64,000 nt of DNA from Podarcis pityusensis (lineage: Eukaryota): NCBI GenBank assembly GCA_964106645.2, contig OZ067046.1; one strand, 5' to 3'. This document shows, piece by piece, positions 1-13,817 of this stretch (positions are counted from its first letter, which is position 1; the number at the start of each line of letters is the position of its first letter). The position numbers and the translations under genes are program-made. The notes under the pieces are model-generated. The model had not been told where the DNA came from, did not search any database, and worked only from the letters and a program-made list of their open reading frames with translations.

Positions 1-426
1 ACAAATGTCATGGGAAAGGGCAGCATCGTGCATCATGTCAGAAATAGGACCAGCAGGCATATTCCTGATCCCTGATATCCATGTGGAATAAACACATGGA
101 AAATAACGGGCTACAGTAAATGGGTTAGAAGAGGAATATGAGAAGAGATGGGCGAGTAAGAGGAATGGGCAAGGCAGAATGGGAAAACTGGCTTGTTAGA
201 TAGGGGGATGATCATTTCACGCAATTCTGATATGATCCATGGATACCTCCTCTACTTCAAATTATTAACAGCTCTATAAGATGTTTTCTAGACAGCAATC
301 TAGTCTGTCAATGAACTATATCATATAAAATTACCCCCAAAAACAGACAAACAAACAAACAAACAAACAAACCCCACTTTAATATCTGAGAGCTAAGTTG
401 TGGTTATTAGTATTAAATTAACTTAC

Positions 427-480
427 CAAATTTGCAATGATGTAGTGGTATCCATTGACATGCTTTCCAATTGTAATAAC
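427..480 (-). CDS. GRIA2: GluA2 coding exon 5 (54 nt): VITIGKHVNGYHYIIANL
   Basis: Too short for the ORF track, so read by hand. Acceptor CTTGCAG| (481) and donor TTG|GTAAGT. Matches mammalian VITIGKHVKGYHYIIANL. Confidence 0.95.
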
Positions 481-1407
481 CTGCAAGAGAAATATATAAT
501 TTATCTGATTAGGGAAATGGCACATATACTAGAAGAAACACTTCATAAAATAATGTGGGATTAATTATGGATTACACTGGAAAATATATGGTTCTGGGCT
601 GAATCTTTTGAAGGCTTTGTGGAGGGCATTTTTGGGGTGGGGAAACCCAACAAGATCTCAAATAGGGCAGGGCGTATTATGAATTCCATATATATATTGC
701 TTGTTTTCAATAAGGCCTGCACTTTCCTTAGTCACTGTACAAGGTGGCTGTGGGATCTTTATTGTTGTTAATGGAGAATTGGACAGCACTTTCTAAAATG
801 TCCAGCCAGCCTCCTCCCCACAAGGCCTATTCTCAGGGTTCCTAGGAATGCTGAAGAGAACACCTCTTCAATTCACAAGGTGGTGAATGGCCCTGCAAAA
901 CTGGGCACAATTCTGGCCCAGTCCTAAAAATAATTGAAAGTAAAAATATATCTGTATGTAACTCCTATACATGTATACATCCGCTGAGTTTAACGGGGTT
1001 TCTCCAATGTGAGTATAAAATGGCAGCCGATACCCAAAGAACTATTCAGTGAAGACTAAGTATGCTCAGCGGCTTTGTTGAGGGTCAGTGAATTGGCCTG
1101 ACTGAGCTCCTTAAAGCTTGTATTATCCCTGGGAGAGAGCAAGCCTGACCCGGGGGGTGGATCTACTATGAACAAAGGAAGCTTAAGCTTCAGGGCCCCT
1201 AATCCCAGAGGGTCCCAGAAGCGACTTTAGTCCACATTGCTTAAAACAATTAGGTCTGGTAGACCCAATTTGAATCACACAGTTCAAACGGATTAATTTT
1301 TTGTTGTATATATCTCAACAATCCCAAAGTTTGAAAGCCAAAAGCACAAATGTTGTAAAGGTAAGGGTCGCGGTACAGCAATCTGAAGCAAAATCTGAGG
1401 TGTAGTA

Positions 1408-1633
1408 CAGTGGTACCTCGGGTTACATACACTTCAGGTTACAGACTCCGCTAACCCAGAAATAGTGCTTCAGGTTAAGAACTTTGCTTCAGGATGAGAA
1501 CAGAAATTGTGCTTCAGCGGTGCAGCGGCAGCAGGAGGCCCCATTAGCTAAAGTGGTGCTTCAGTTTAAGAACAGTTTCAGGTTAAGAACGGACCTCTGG
1601 AACGAATTAAGTACTTAACCCGAGGTACCACTG
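1408..1633. mobile_element. Tc1/mariner (Tigger/pogo-like) MITE
   Basis: TIRs CAGTGGTACCTCGGGTTA / TAACCCGAGGTACCACTG with a TA target duplication on both sides. Confidence 0.9.
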
Positions 1634-2089
1634 TACTTAATTTTTTTAAAAAAAATAATATTATGCTGATCTGTCATAGAACAACCCCCTTGAAGAAGAT
1701 GACAGTGGTTATCCAGACCTTGTTGCTAGTTGTGAAGGGGCCCCCATGATAGTTCAAGCTTCAGGGCCCCCAAAATGTAGGACTGCCACTGAACGATAGG
1801 GTGCCTGACTGACCAGTAGAAAAGCAGTTCTGGCACTGGGCCAGGATACAATGAAACATTTTGGTCACATTGACAGTATACAGTTAAAGCACATTTAAAA
1901 CACATGGCTTCCTCCAAATAATCCTGGGAGCTGTAGTTTGTTAAGGGTGAAGGGAATTTTTCAGGATTCTTCATGGTGGAGTAATGTGTTATAACTATAT
2001 GGTGTGGGTATGACATTGCAATTCCCACAAGTATGCTATATTATTCATATATAGTGCTAACACAAGGGCTAGCCATTCTATATCTGTCT

Positions 2090-2234
2090 TAGAATCACAG
2101 AATTGTAGCATTGGAAAGGACCCTGAGGATCATCTGGTCCAACCCCCAGCAATGCAGGGATATGCAGCTGTCCCATACGGGGATTCAACCTGCAACCTTG
2201 GCGTTATCTGCACCACACTCTAACCAACTGAGCT
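2090..2234 (-). mobile_element. SINE with tRNA-Ile-like head and CR1-type 3' tail
   Basis: The reverse complement reads AGCTCAGTTGGTTAGAGTGTGGTGCAGATAACGCCAAGGTTGCAGGTTGAATCCCCGTATGGGAC (tRNA-Ile-like), followed by CCTGCATTGC...TTGGACCAGATG...CCAA..CTACAATTCTGTGATTCT. Confidence 0.75.
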
Positions 2235-3295
2235 TTGAAATCTCTTCTGTGCCCTGTGTTACAGAAGCATTATTGCATTATTCACAGGCTCAAAAAGAGG
2301 ATGAGCCAACTGCTAGCCTTCCCTAGGAAAAAAACCCACAGTTACTGTTATGGAAGAAGTACAACCTGTTCTGCAATAAGCTAAAGAACTTGGGGTCTGT
2401 TTATTTTTTTCTGATTTAGTCCTATAAATGTCAATGGAGCTAAACAGGCTACACTCCAAGTACTTCAAGTTAACTAGGTAGTATAGATCAGACTGAGTAT
2501 CTTTTAATTTACCATTGATCAAACCAAGGCATCCACGTTTCATTTCAGGTATCATCCTTTTAATCTTCTCTGATGGTCAGAAGTACATAATAGGCGTCTT
2601 ATAGAGGACTTCATTTGATGAAGTGCCAAAATGAAAAGGTCTTGTGTTGAGAAAGGATGGAAGCAAGGCATTCTACCTAAAGCCTTCAGCCCACAGATTC
2701 ACTTTCCACTCCAGCTCAAAAGCTTTTCAATCTGCTCAGCTCCAGGTGAGTAACAGAGCAATTCTAATCCCAGCCAGGTATAAGTGGGAAGTGACAGAGT
2801 GGAGCAGCCACTGCTGCATCTACAGCCCCATCACTCACAGCACAGAGCAGCTAGCCTGGATCTGGTGTAATCTTGAACCCAGATTGGGCTCAATGCCAAC
2901 AGGTGGTGGCAGTGGGGCCAGTTTATAACCAGCTAAGCCCTTCCTGCTCTCTGCCCCGGCAGAACAGCCAAGGGTGGGAATCAGCAATTTCCTCCTATCC
3001 AGGTGTAAGCGAAAGCACCGTATGCTCATACATGGATCCTTTGGATCCAAGTTACTGTGAAACTGAGAACTGTGCATTAAACACCGAGAGCATTTATTAA
3101 CCACAATAGAAATTTGATTTCTAAAAAATCTGATGAACTGGATTTTCTGCTCCATGCATCAGCGTTATCAGAATGTTCTTGTCATTGCCGAAGTATGCAA
3201 AAAAAATGCAATTTTATTACCAACGCTGGACCCAACACAAATAAATTGTGATGATAAATCATGATGGGAGCATTTCATATACGCTTACACTGTTA

Positions 3296-3574
<279 letters not shown>

Positions 3575-4336
3575 TTAATTTATTTCCAGGATAGCTCAAC
3601 AACTAGCTAAGCAAACCAGAATCCCCATTTTTTTTTTTTGTTTGTTAAATGAACCAATGGCCACAACTTTCTTGGATCCCTATGAATTTCTGTGCAGTGA
3701 AGATGTGAGCTCCTATAACAACATCCATTTGTTTGCACTACAGGTTCATTTTGGAAGAGATTTTATCATTTCTAGGAAGAAGAGTTTCTATGCTACCGTT
3801 GGGCATCGTCTCTTGAAAAAGGACCTGTCAGGAGAAAAAATAATACAGCTACACCCGCTGAATCAATAACTAAATGCTACTGAGTTTTTTTTTGGCTTTT
3901 GGGCTTGAGAGACAACACATTTAAAGCCTCCTCTTTAAGTTCTGTAAGACTAGTAATAGCTTCTGGAATGTCTAGTAGGCTGGGGAAGAGGACTCACCAT
4001 CATTGCTCCTTCCAGCACTTTCTTTGGGAGGGGGGTGCCAACTGCAAATTGGTTAGAAGATCCCACCCCTTCTGCACTGCATTTATTTTTGTTGAATGAT
4101 TGATTTTATGTGAACTCTGTTGAATTTTTGATTTTTATCCCGTTTTAACCATTTTCTCTCTCTTTCCCCCCCCAACTAAAATCCCCCCGAAAGTGTTTGT
4201 TGTAAGCCACTTTGAGCACAATTCAGTGTGGAAAAGCAGCACTAAACTAAAGCTTTTGATCTTTCTTTTGTTCCTTCTCTCTCACGCATCACCAAGATAT
4301 GGATATGGGGCAATAAATTGTATTTGTTTATGGGAC

Positions 4337-4914
4337 CATGAGAGCATAAGAAGAGCCTGCTGGATCAAGCCAATGGCCCATCAAGTCCAGCATCCTGTTC
4401 TCACAGTGGCCAATCAGATGTCTGTGGGAAATCTGCAAGCATTACTGGAGCACAAGGGCACTCTTCCCTCCTGTGGTTTCCAGCAACTGGCATTGAGAAG
4501 CATTGCTGCCTCCAGCTGTGGAAGCAGAGCACAGCCAGCATGGCTAGTGGCCATTGATAGCCATCTCCTTCATGAAATTGTCTAATCCTCTTTTCAAGCC
4601 ATCTAGATTGCTGGGCATCATTGCCTCTTGCGGAAGTGAGTTCCACTATTTAACTATGCACTGTGTGAAGAAGTCCTGTCTTTTCTCTTTACTGGATCTT
4701 CCAGCAATCACCTTCATTGGATGTCCATGAGCTATGAGCTTCTATCTCTTCGCCTTCTCTATGCCATGTACCATTTTATGAACTTCTCGTCTTCCTCTGA
4801 CTAAAAAGTCCCAAATGCTGCAACATTTCCTCATTCAGGTTTTCTTATTTGGAACCTTTTCCAGCTCTACAATATCCTTTTCGAGGTGATGCAATTAGAG
4901 CTGTACACAATATT
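4337..4914 (-). mobile_element. Old CR1 LINE 3' part, split by the L2 insertion
   Basis: CR1 3'UTR (cataagaagagcctgctggatcaag...) and degenerate RT C-terminus. The sequence ends at ctgtacacaatatt. Confidence 0.75.
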
Positions 4915-7217
4915 TCTTCACCGCCTCTATTGCATCTGCAGAAAATAGTAGCAGGAGACTCTTTCAGGTGGTTCGCAATTTAACGGAACCACCTTTACCA
5001 CCGGGGCCTTGTAAAGACCCCAAGATCTCCTGCAACGATTTTGCAAAGTTTTTTGCAGATAAAATCACTCATATTCGGAAGGAGCTAGACACCACCGTGG
5101 GAGCAGGGCCGGGGCGGGAGAGTGCTAGAGCTCTGTCTGGTCAAGTTGCATGGAATCAATTTCAATCCGTTACCCCCGAGGATGTGGACAGGCTGCTTGG
5201 ACGCGTGAAACCAACCACCTGTCTCCTTGATCCTTGCCCATCCTGGCTAATAAAAGCAAGCCGGGAAGGGCTGGGCGATGGGCTCTGCGGGGTGGTGAAT
5301 GCTTCCCTCTGTGAGGGAACATTCCCAGATCCGCTGAAAGAGGCGGTCATTAAACCGCTTCTTAAAAAACCATCTTTAGACCCGGCCAGTATGGCCAACT
5401 ATCGCCCAGTCTCAAATCTTCCATTCTTGGGCAAGGTGATTGAGCACGTAATAATAATAATAATAATAATTTATTATTTATACCCCGCCCATCTGGCTGG
5501 GTTTCCCCAGCCACTCTGGGCGGCTTCCAAAAGAATATTAAAATACTATGATACATCAAACATTAAAAGCTTCCCTAAACAGGGCTGCCTTCAGATGTCT
5601 TCTAAAAGTCTGGTAGTTGTTGTTCTCTTTGACATCTGGTGGGAGGGCGTTCCACAGGGAGGGCGCCACTACCGAGAAGGCCCTCTGCCTGGTTCCCTGT
5701 AACTTGGCTTCTCGCAGTGAGGGAACCGCCAGAAGGCCCTCGGTGCTGGACCTCAGTGTCCGGGTAGAACGATGGAGGTGGAGACGCTCCTTCAGGTATA
5801 CTGGACCGAGGCCGTTTAGGGCTTTAAAGGTCAGCACCAACACTTTGAATTGTGGTTGATGAACAACTCCAGGCACGCCTGGAGGATGCAGACCATTTGG
5901 ATCCCTTCCAATTGGGATTCAGGCCTCACCATGGGACTGAAACCGCCTTGGTCGCGCTGGTTGATGATCTCCGGCGAGCTAGGGACAAAGGTGAGAGTTG
6001 TTTCCTGGTTCTGCTGGATCTCTCAGCGGCCTTTGACACAATTGACCATAACATCCTTCTGGACCGTCTAGAGGGGCTGGGAGCTGGGGGCACTGTTATA
6101 CAGTGGTTTCGCTCCTTCCTCCTGGGCCGTGTTCAGAAAGTGGTGGGGGGGGGATGAGTGTTCAGACCCCTGGGCCCTCACTTGTGGGGTGCCTCAGGGT
6201 TCCGTCCTCTCCCCCATGCTTTTTAACATCTATATGAAGCCGCTGGGAGAGATCATCAGGGGGTTTGGACTGGGTGTCCATCAATACGCAGATGATACCC
6301 AGCTCTACCTCTCTTTCAAATCAGAACCAGTGAAGGCGGTGAAGGTCCTGTGTGAGTGCCTGGAGGCGGTTGGAGGATGGATGGCGGCTAATGGATTGAA
6401 GTTGAATCCTGACAAGACAGAAGTATTGTTTTTGGGGGACAGGGGGCGGGCTGGTGTGGAGGACTCCCTGGTCCTGAATAGGGTAACTGTGCCCCTGAAG
6501 GACCAGGTGCGCAGCCTGGGAGTCATTTTGGACTCACAGCTGTCCATGGAGGCGCAGGTCAATTCTGTATCCAGGGCAGCTGTCTACCAACTCCACCTGG
6601 TACGCAGGCTGAGACCCTACCTGCCCGCAGACTGTCTCGCCAGAGTGGTGCATGCTCTAGTTATCTCCCGCTTGGACTATTGCAATGCGCTCTACGTGGG
6701 GCTACCTTTGAAGGTGACTCGGAAACTACAACTAATCCAGAATGCAGCAGCTAGACTGGTGACTGGGGGCGGCCGCCGAGACCACATAACACCGGTCTTG
6801 AAAGACCTACATTGGCCCCCAGTACGTTTCCGAGCACAATTCAAAGTGCTGGTGTTGACCTTTAAAGACCTAAACGGCCTCGGCCCAGTATACCCGAAGG
6901 AGCGTCTCCACCCGCATCGTTCTGCCAGGACGCTGAGGTCCAGTGCCGAGGGCCTTCTGGCGGTTCCCTCATTGCAAGAAGCAAAGCTACAGGGAACCAG
7001 GCAGAGGGCCTTCTCGGTAGTGGCACCTGCCCTGTGGAACGCCCTCCCATCAGATGTCAAAGCGATATATAACTACCTGACATTTAGAAGACATCTTAAG
7101 GCAGCCCTGTTCAGGGAAGTTTTTAATCTGTGATATTTTACTGTATTTTTGGTTTCTATGGAAGCCACCCAGAGTGGCTGGGGAAACCCAGCCAGATGGG
7201 CGGGGTACAAATAATAA

Positions 7218-7264
<47 letters not shown>
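4913..7264 (+). mobile_element. L2 (CR1-clade) LINE, 5'-truncated, with RT domain and (TTA)n tail, interrupted by an inverted L2 3' fragment
   Basis: RT motifs LLKKPSLDP..NYRPVSNLPFLGKV, GFRPHHGTETAL, LLDLSAAFD, GVPQGSVLSP and YADDTQLY. One frameshift at the G9 run (6145-6153), stop at 7133, (TTA)n at 7219-7264. Confidence 0.93.
5450..5854 (-). mobile_element. L2 LINE 3' end (~400 bp) inserted antisense into the host L2
   Basis: Translates to QFKVLVLTFKALNGLGPVYLKERL...RHLKAALFREAFNV*, with the (TAA)n tail at 5449-5470. The host frame KVIEH|V(V)DEQLQ resumes at 5852. Confidence 0.92.
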
Positions 7265-7266
<2 letters not shown>

Positions 7267-7430
7267 CCAGGGTGGCCGCAACATAGATTTTTATAACAGT
7301 TTTATGATATCAGCACTTTTATTTTCAATTACTAATAATCCCTAGCATTAAATTGGCCTTTTGTTCCAGCTGCTGCACACTGGGTCAACCTCTGCATTGA
7401 GCTACTATGACCCCAAGCTTTTGTTTCTAG
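7265..7430 (-). mobile_element. Continuation of the split CR1
   Basis: tattcccagggtggccgcaacatagatt...gctgctgcacactgggtc continues the reverse-strand CR1 RT (YCVQ/RPHLEY region) from the other side of the L2. Confidence 0.65.
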
Positions 7431-7489
7431 TCCATCATTACCAGTTCATATCCCAGACTCTAGTCCAACACTCTAGCCTCTTGCTTTTG

Positions 7490-7858
7490 CAGACCCTCCA
7501 AGTGTCCCTATTTTCCAGGGACATCCCTGATTTAGAGAAGCTGTCCCAGTTTCTGATTTGATTCCGGAAGGTCCTGCTTTTCCTTAGGACATCCCTATTT
7601 TCATTGGATAAATGTTGGAGGGTGTGGTAGGATGCCCCTATTTTCACTGGGGATATGGAGTTATCTGACCCCCCAAGCTGTCTGAAGGCAATCTTGAATA
7701 TGGAAGCATTTTTAAATGTTTACTGTTTTATTGTCTTTTTAATATATGTTGGAAGCTACCCAGAGAGGCTGGGGAAACCCAGTAAGATGTGTGGGGTATA
7801 AATTATCATTATGGAATGGGACATCCCTATTTTCATTGGAGAAATGTTGGAGGGTATG
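7490..7858. mobile_element. Non-autonomous DNA transposon (MITE) carrying an L2-tail-like fragment
   Basis: Termini CAGACCCTCCAA / TTGGAGGGTATG, flanking direct repeat CTTTTG, internal repeats of GGACATCCCTATTTTCATTGGA, L2-like tail at about 7700-7810. Confidence 0.6.
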
Positions 7859-9995
7859 CTTTTGCCATCAGTTTCTATGTACAGGCAGAGTTGAGTGGCT
7901 GCTCAGCCCCACCCTAATCTTCCCCTTGCTCCTTTTAAACTTTTTCTTGTGTGTTCTGTGTTACACAATTCCTGATTACCTACAATACATAGAAAAAGAA
8001 AAGGCCATGGATCAAAATGCTGAAAAAACAAAAACCCAGGCTATCCTGCAGTGCAGCTACAGTTTTAGAGAGCAGAAGTATTGCAAAGTAACCTTTGAAA
8101 AAGCCAGCAAATTGTTCCGCTTGTTAAACACTATAGAAAATGTCAAAAGGGCCAATGTAATCGAACAAGTTAATTACTTCTGGAGTGTGGAGAGGACCCC
8201 CTAAGGTTTTTAAAAATTCCTTGTACTGTATATGGTTCCTGCTACTACTGCACGTGTCCATGTTGACACTACACTATCCAAAGTGGTGGATTGAGCGGAA
8301 CAGGGAATCTAATATAATGAGCCTCCTTTCTAATATGTTAAATGTTGAGCTCCTAATTTGGAACAAGGGAAAACACTCCTGAACTTCAAGTACCCATAAT
8401 GAGACTGCCTGGTGAGGACAGTAATCTGTCAAAGGGGATGAGAAAATTATGTGAAATGTCAAAGTGATGTTTTATTTCCATAAATAAATAAATAAATAAA
8501 TAACCAGAGGAATCAACTGTATCATGGAATCTCTAAAATCCTACTTTTCCATCAGAGATCCTGACTGCTATCCCCAGCTGCTAAAGTTAAGAGACAATGG
8601 ACAGGAAGGAATCTATAGAAAAGTTAATGTTCAGTACAAAAACATGACTGACAGCTTAACAGGCAGTTATGGACCTAAAAATGGGCAAAATTTGCAAAAA
8701 TGGGACCAAAGTCTGAGAATTTGAGCTTTCATGTTTTGAAAAGTTTCCAGGTCTCAAGGTTTTGAAATGTCTGTAAACATCCAAACATGGACCACAAATA
8801 AAGGTTTAAGTAAGTACACTGAAACATTATAGGGATCTGTTCAAGGTGCTTTCTTACATGCCAAATAGCTACTCTCCTAAAAACACTATTTTGAGTAAGG
8901 AATACATCTGGAATCTGACTAAAATGAACCTTTAACAATATTCTATCCCACTTATTTTTCCAGAGACTCGAGGTATTTAAAAAAGAGTAATTAAAACAAA
9001 GTAAAACAAATACGATCCCTAAAAAAAGACAACATATTTACACTTACATTAATGAGTTAACAATGCCAACCAACCTAGTTAACAAATTCCAGCAGTACAA
9101 AAATAATCATATTTAAACAAAGTCTTTGTTTTTACAAAGCCAGGCTTTACCAAGCACCTGAATCAATGAAATTCATTTGCCAAGAACCCTTGGTTCAGCC
9201 CCAAAATTTCAAAAATTATCTCTGCTTGCACCCTGTTGCACCTTCTGTGTTTATTCTGCAGAGGTTTATCTTCCTTTTGCTTCTTTTCCTTTGTCTCCTA
9301 TTAGACAGGTCCCTTAAAAGTAATTATTGCCAATTAAAAATTTTCAGCTGTCCGATTCTTGTGTCTCTTCACTTCTAACGCCTTTAACAGGTAAGTCCAG
9401 CATTTCTGGTTTGTCCCAGTTAATGAGATTTATTTTCTTCTAGGAGGCTGAAAACAAGAGACATGAGTTTCTGGCACTTGTACAAGCCTTTTTAGTGTGA
9501 CAGCAGGCCAAAATGTGTGTCAAGGGCCCTTTAAAAGTGTCTTATGGCTTGGCAAAGCTCTTTAATGAGGCAATGAAGCATTTTGGGAATTGTAGTTCCC
9601 AAAGGTGAGCTTGCAAAATAAACAGGGGCATAAACTTCCTTCCTCCCACAAGGCAGCTGCTTGTGTGTGTGAATGCAAAAAGGGGCTATATGAGCAGAAC
9701 TAGACATTACAAGCAAACTGATGCAATTTAACCCATGGGCCCCTTTAAAAAAAACCCCAAAACCCCAAACCAGAACACCAACTTCAAAGGAGGTGACATG
9801 AAGCTGAAAAGTGTGCATGTATGCCCCACTTGACACTTTTCCATTCCCAAACTCCTCTAAGCAGTTTCCCTCAACTATAGCCTTCTCTAATAGGGAAAAG
9901 CAGCTGTGTTGGGGAAGGAGCAGACTAAAAATCTCGCAAAGAAACAGTGCTGGATAAAGAAAGATCTCTCCTGTCCTCCCTCCCTCCCCCCCCTC

Positions 9996-10000
<5 letters not shown>

Positions 10001-10042
<42 letters not shown>
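10001..10042 (+). repeat. (CA)n microsatellite
   Basis: Read directly from the sequence. Confidence 0.95.
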
Positions 10043-10044
<2 letters not shown>

Positions 10045-10579
10045 TCTTTCTTCACCCATCACTTTTTTTGCAAGATTTCTAGTGTGGGAAAAGACAAATT
10101 GAATTAGACCCAGCTTACACTTGTGCATAATGTATCATTCAGCCCTAAATAAAGACAAAGCTTGTAAAATGGCTTTCAGGGATATTTACAGGAAGAACGC
10201 AGACAATAGAGACTAGTTAAATGTCACTTTGCAGTGTTGCAAGCAAGCCTATCAAGATAAGAACTTTGCAGGATAAGAACTTTCACTTCCCTATGCCTCA
10301 GTTTCCACAACAGAAAAATAATCCGTGGGCAACAGAACGAATCCAAGCCATAACTCACTGCTGCTTCTGCAGTGGTTTAACGTCACAATATTGTCAAAAA
10401 CAATTCCTGTTAAATGGTCTTGTAAGGAGAATGGCTTCATTTCTGCAGAATCATTAGTGGCCTGTGCAATCTATGGTTAGAAGGCTTTCGTAAACACCAA
10501 AAGACCCTGAACACTTTTGTATGAGAAAGTCAAAAGTTTCCTCAAGAGGATGAACTGTTAATGCTCATGGTATTTTGCG

Positions 10580-11377
10580 TGTCGAGGTCCCCAGGGCCAC
10601 CCCAATAACTCACACATCACACAGAATTTTTTGTTTAAGATTTTTGGCATAATTTTGGCCACAACTTTATTGAAATACAAATTTGTGAGTGGTTGCTTAG
10701 GCATTGGTTGCGACTATCTGCCCCCACCATGGGGGACAGACTGACATTCCGCACGATGCGAAAGTCAGAATAGGGGAATACACTTGGGGGTTACGCGGAG
10801 CAGGGAACCTGCCCTCACCCCAAATGCAATCAGGAGCTCATTGCTATGGCCCGAGCCCCCTTGACAGAGTGGACAAGCAATAGTTAGCCCCCAATTCCTT
10901 TAACGGAATCCCTTGCAGCAGCAGCATTAGAGGGGCAGGCACTCAACCTACCAAGGGTAGGCACTCAACCACTTCCCCTCAACCAACCAAACCATAAACC
11001 AATGCCTAACAGCAACCTTACAAGTTGTGGCGATTTGCTACGCAGTAGGCAAAAACCAAATGGCCCCAGCCAATCAGCCAGATGGACAAAATTCCTACCA
11101 GGCCCCTGCCCCAAGAGCAGACGACCCCATGACAGGCATAGCAAGGTCAAAGCGAACAACCCTAATTCTAGGGAGGGGGGGACGGGCAATCCGATGCACG
11201 GTCAAAAAGAGGAAGCCCTAGCCTCGTGCAAGGAGTTTTAGCATTTCTGGCTGTCAATCAACAAATGGCAACATTAACTTCTTCCCAACAACAAGGGAAG
11301 CCCCAATCACATCAGTGGCCAACGAACAATTAGCCCGTCCCCAACTTTGGAGTGTCCTGGTGGCCCCCACCGCAACA
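10580..11377 (-). mobile_element. Putative solo LTR (~800 bp)
   Basis: CpG-richer block bounded by TGTCGAGG ... CCGCAACA (TG...CA short inverted ends), with a minus-strand AATAAA near 10666. The TSD is ambiguous (CGTG overlaps the left end). Confidence 0.5.
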
Positions 11378-11581
11378 CGTGCTCTCCATGAAGGAGAACA
11401 CACTTTCTCTAAATATATGCTAATTTAAATTTGCTAGTTGATTAACTTTGATTCAAATCTTTAAAAATAGATCTGAATCGTATAAAAGAAATAAATAACT
11501 CACTCACCTACTTAGTGCTGTTTAAGACAGGCTACATTTTAGAACACCACACCAGTTGCAATACATCCCATTCCCTTTACA

Positions 11582-11716
11582 TTGTTGTTGTTTAGTCGTT
11601 TAGTCGCGTCCGACTCTTCGTGACCCCGTGGACCAGAGCACACCAGGCACTCCTGTCTTCCACTCCCGCCCGCGGTCTGGTCAAACTCATGTTAGTAGCT
11701 TCGAGAACACTGTCCT
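11582..11716 (-). mobile_element. RTE/BovB LINE 3' end fragment
   Basis: ttgttgttgtttagtcgtttagtcgcgtccgactcttcgtgacccc..ggac is the reverse complement of a BovB-type 3' end with a (CAA)n tail. Confidence 0.75.
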
Positions 11717-13166
11717 AATCAGCCATAATTATTCCCCGCCTCCCTGGTCTCACTTCTCATGCTGAAGTAGATAGTACTTCTATGTATGCATATTGGAGGA
11801 CAACGCTCCCTTTCAGGGACAGCTCCTTACTGAGCACCTTACACAAGGGATCAGGACAAGCAGAGGGGGCTGCTGCTTGAAGGAAATCAGAAATGCTTTT
11901 ATAGATAAGTACTCTTTTTCAGAGTCTGAACTGAACTGACCATAGCTCCAGCAAGTCAGGAACGACCATCAGATCCACACACTCTCTTCAGCCCCCAATG
12001 CTTCCAGCCTTCCCTGGTACACCAGGCTAGTTAGCTTTCCCCTAAAACCCTAATACTAATAAAACACTAGTAGTATTAAACCCTAACATGAATAAATCTG
12101 CAATCCCCAGGTAAATTGAAATGCAGATTCTTAATCTTAAACCACAGCATAGCAAGATGAAAATACATATCCAAACTGGATCTGTATGTGACACTCCCAT
12201 TCCTTGGCAAACAATGCCTGCCTTCCTCACAAGGCACAACTTGGTCTTTTCCTGTGTAAAGCACAGGATAAACATGGTCTCTACCCCCAGTCAAGTGCCA
12301 TGTTCTAGAGATGCAGGTGCAGTGGTTGGCTTGGGGCAACAGGCGAGGGAATGGTTGGACGGATAAGTCATAACCTGTGAAGGGTACCTACACAAGGAGA
12401 ACTGCAGTAAGAGGTCCTCTTGAGCTGGGCAAGGCTTTTCACCTTGATACTGCTTACAAACATTGAACAGGGGTATCTGACTTTGCAAGTGTCCCTACCT
12501 GACACCTCTAACTGCAACGCAGCAGGAAAGGGGAAGGAGAAACTTTAACAGCAGAATATTGCACACTTTCCCCCCCTTTTTGCCTAGGTTCCCCCCTAGA
12601 CCCGCCCCCCCAGCCATCTTTTAAAAACATTTTTCTGCCATTAAAAATGCTCTTAGAGGGAGGGAGTTGCAGTGAACTTTCTTCATTTAAGAAAACACTG
12701 TCACAGCTTTCCACAGGGATAACTACAAATAAAATTCAATAAGGTTCCAGCTAGTAATATTTTCCATCTTGGTATAGATTGGCGGATGATATGCACCAGG
12801 AGCCTACATGACAACTGACCCAGTTTCCCTAGGGAAATTCATACTGTGAAAACCATTACTTTTAAGTGAAAGTCATCTATTACTCTCAAAGGACTGGTTC
12901 TAACATAATATTTTCCTCTGCAGGAGTCCTTTTGAAATGACTTGTAGAGATGCACCCATTGATTTATTTATTTTTCCAGGAAGAAAGAAAAAAGACGCAT
13001 AAGCAATGTCTTGGATCCAGAAGGCAGTTCAGTCTGCTACTTACCATATTACAGCAGTCACCCTTTATCCTTAAGCACCCAAGGCCAGAACTTACAAAAC
13101 TGTTCTGTTATGCTTGGCACTCTCGGGCTCCTACATCATTTCAGTTAGGTTTGTGGTTCAAAATTA

Positions 13167-13817
<651 letters not shown>

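Noticed and set aside
1150-1790. Larger hAT-like element hosting the 1408-1633 MITE
   Set aside because: Only degenerate termini and no convincing TSD, so it was not called.
4968-7133. Host gene or novel reverse-transcriptase system
   Set aside because: Ordinary L2 ORF2 fragments: 5'-truncated, interrupted and frameshifted.
9531-10055. 174-aa minus-strand ORF
   Set aside because: Runs through a (GT)n microsatellite and has no splice or homology support.
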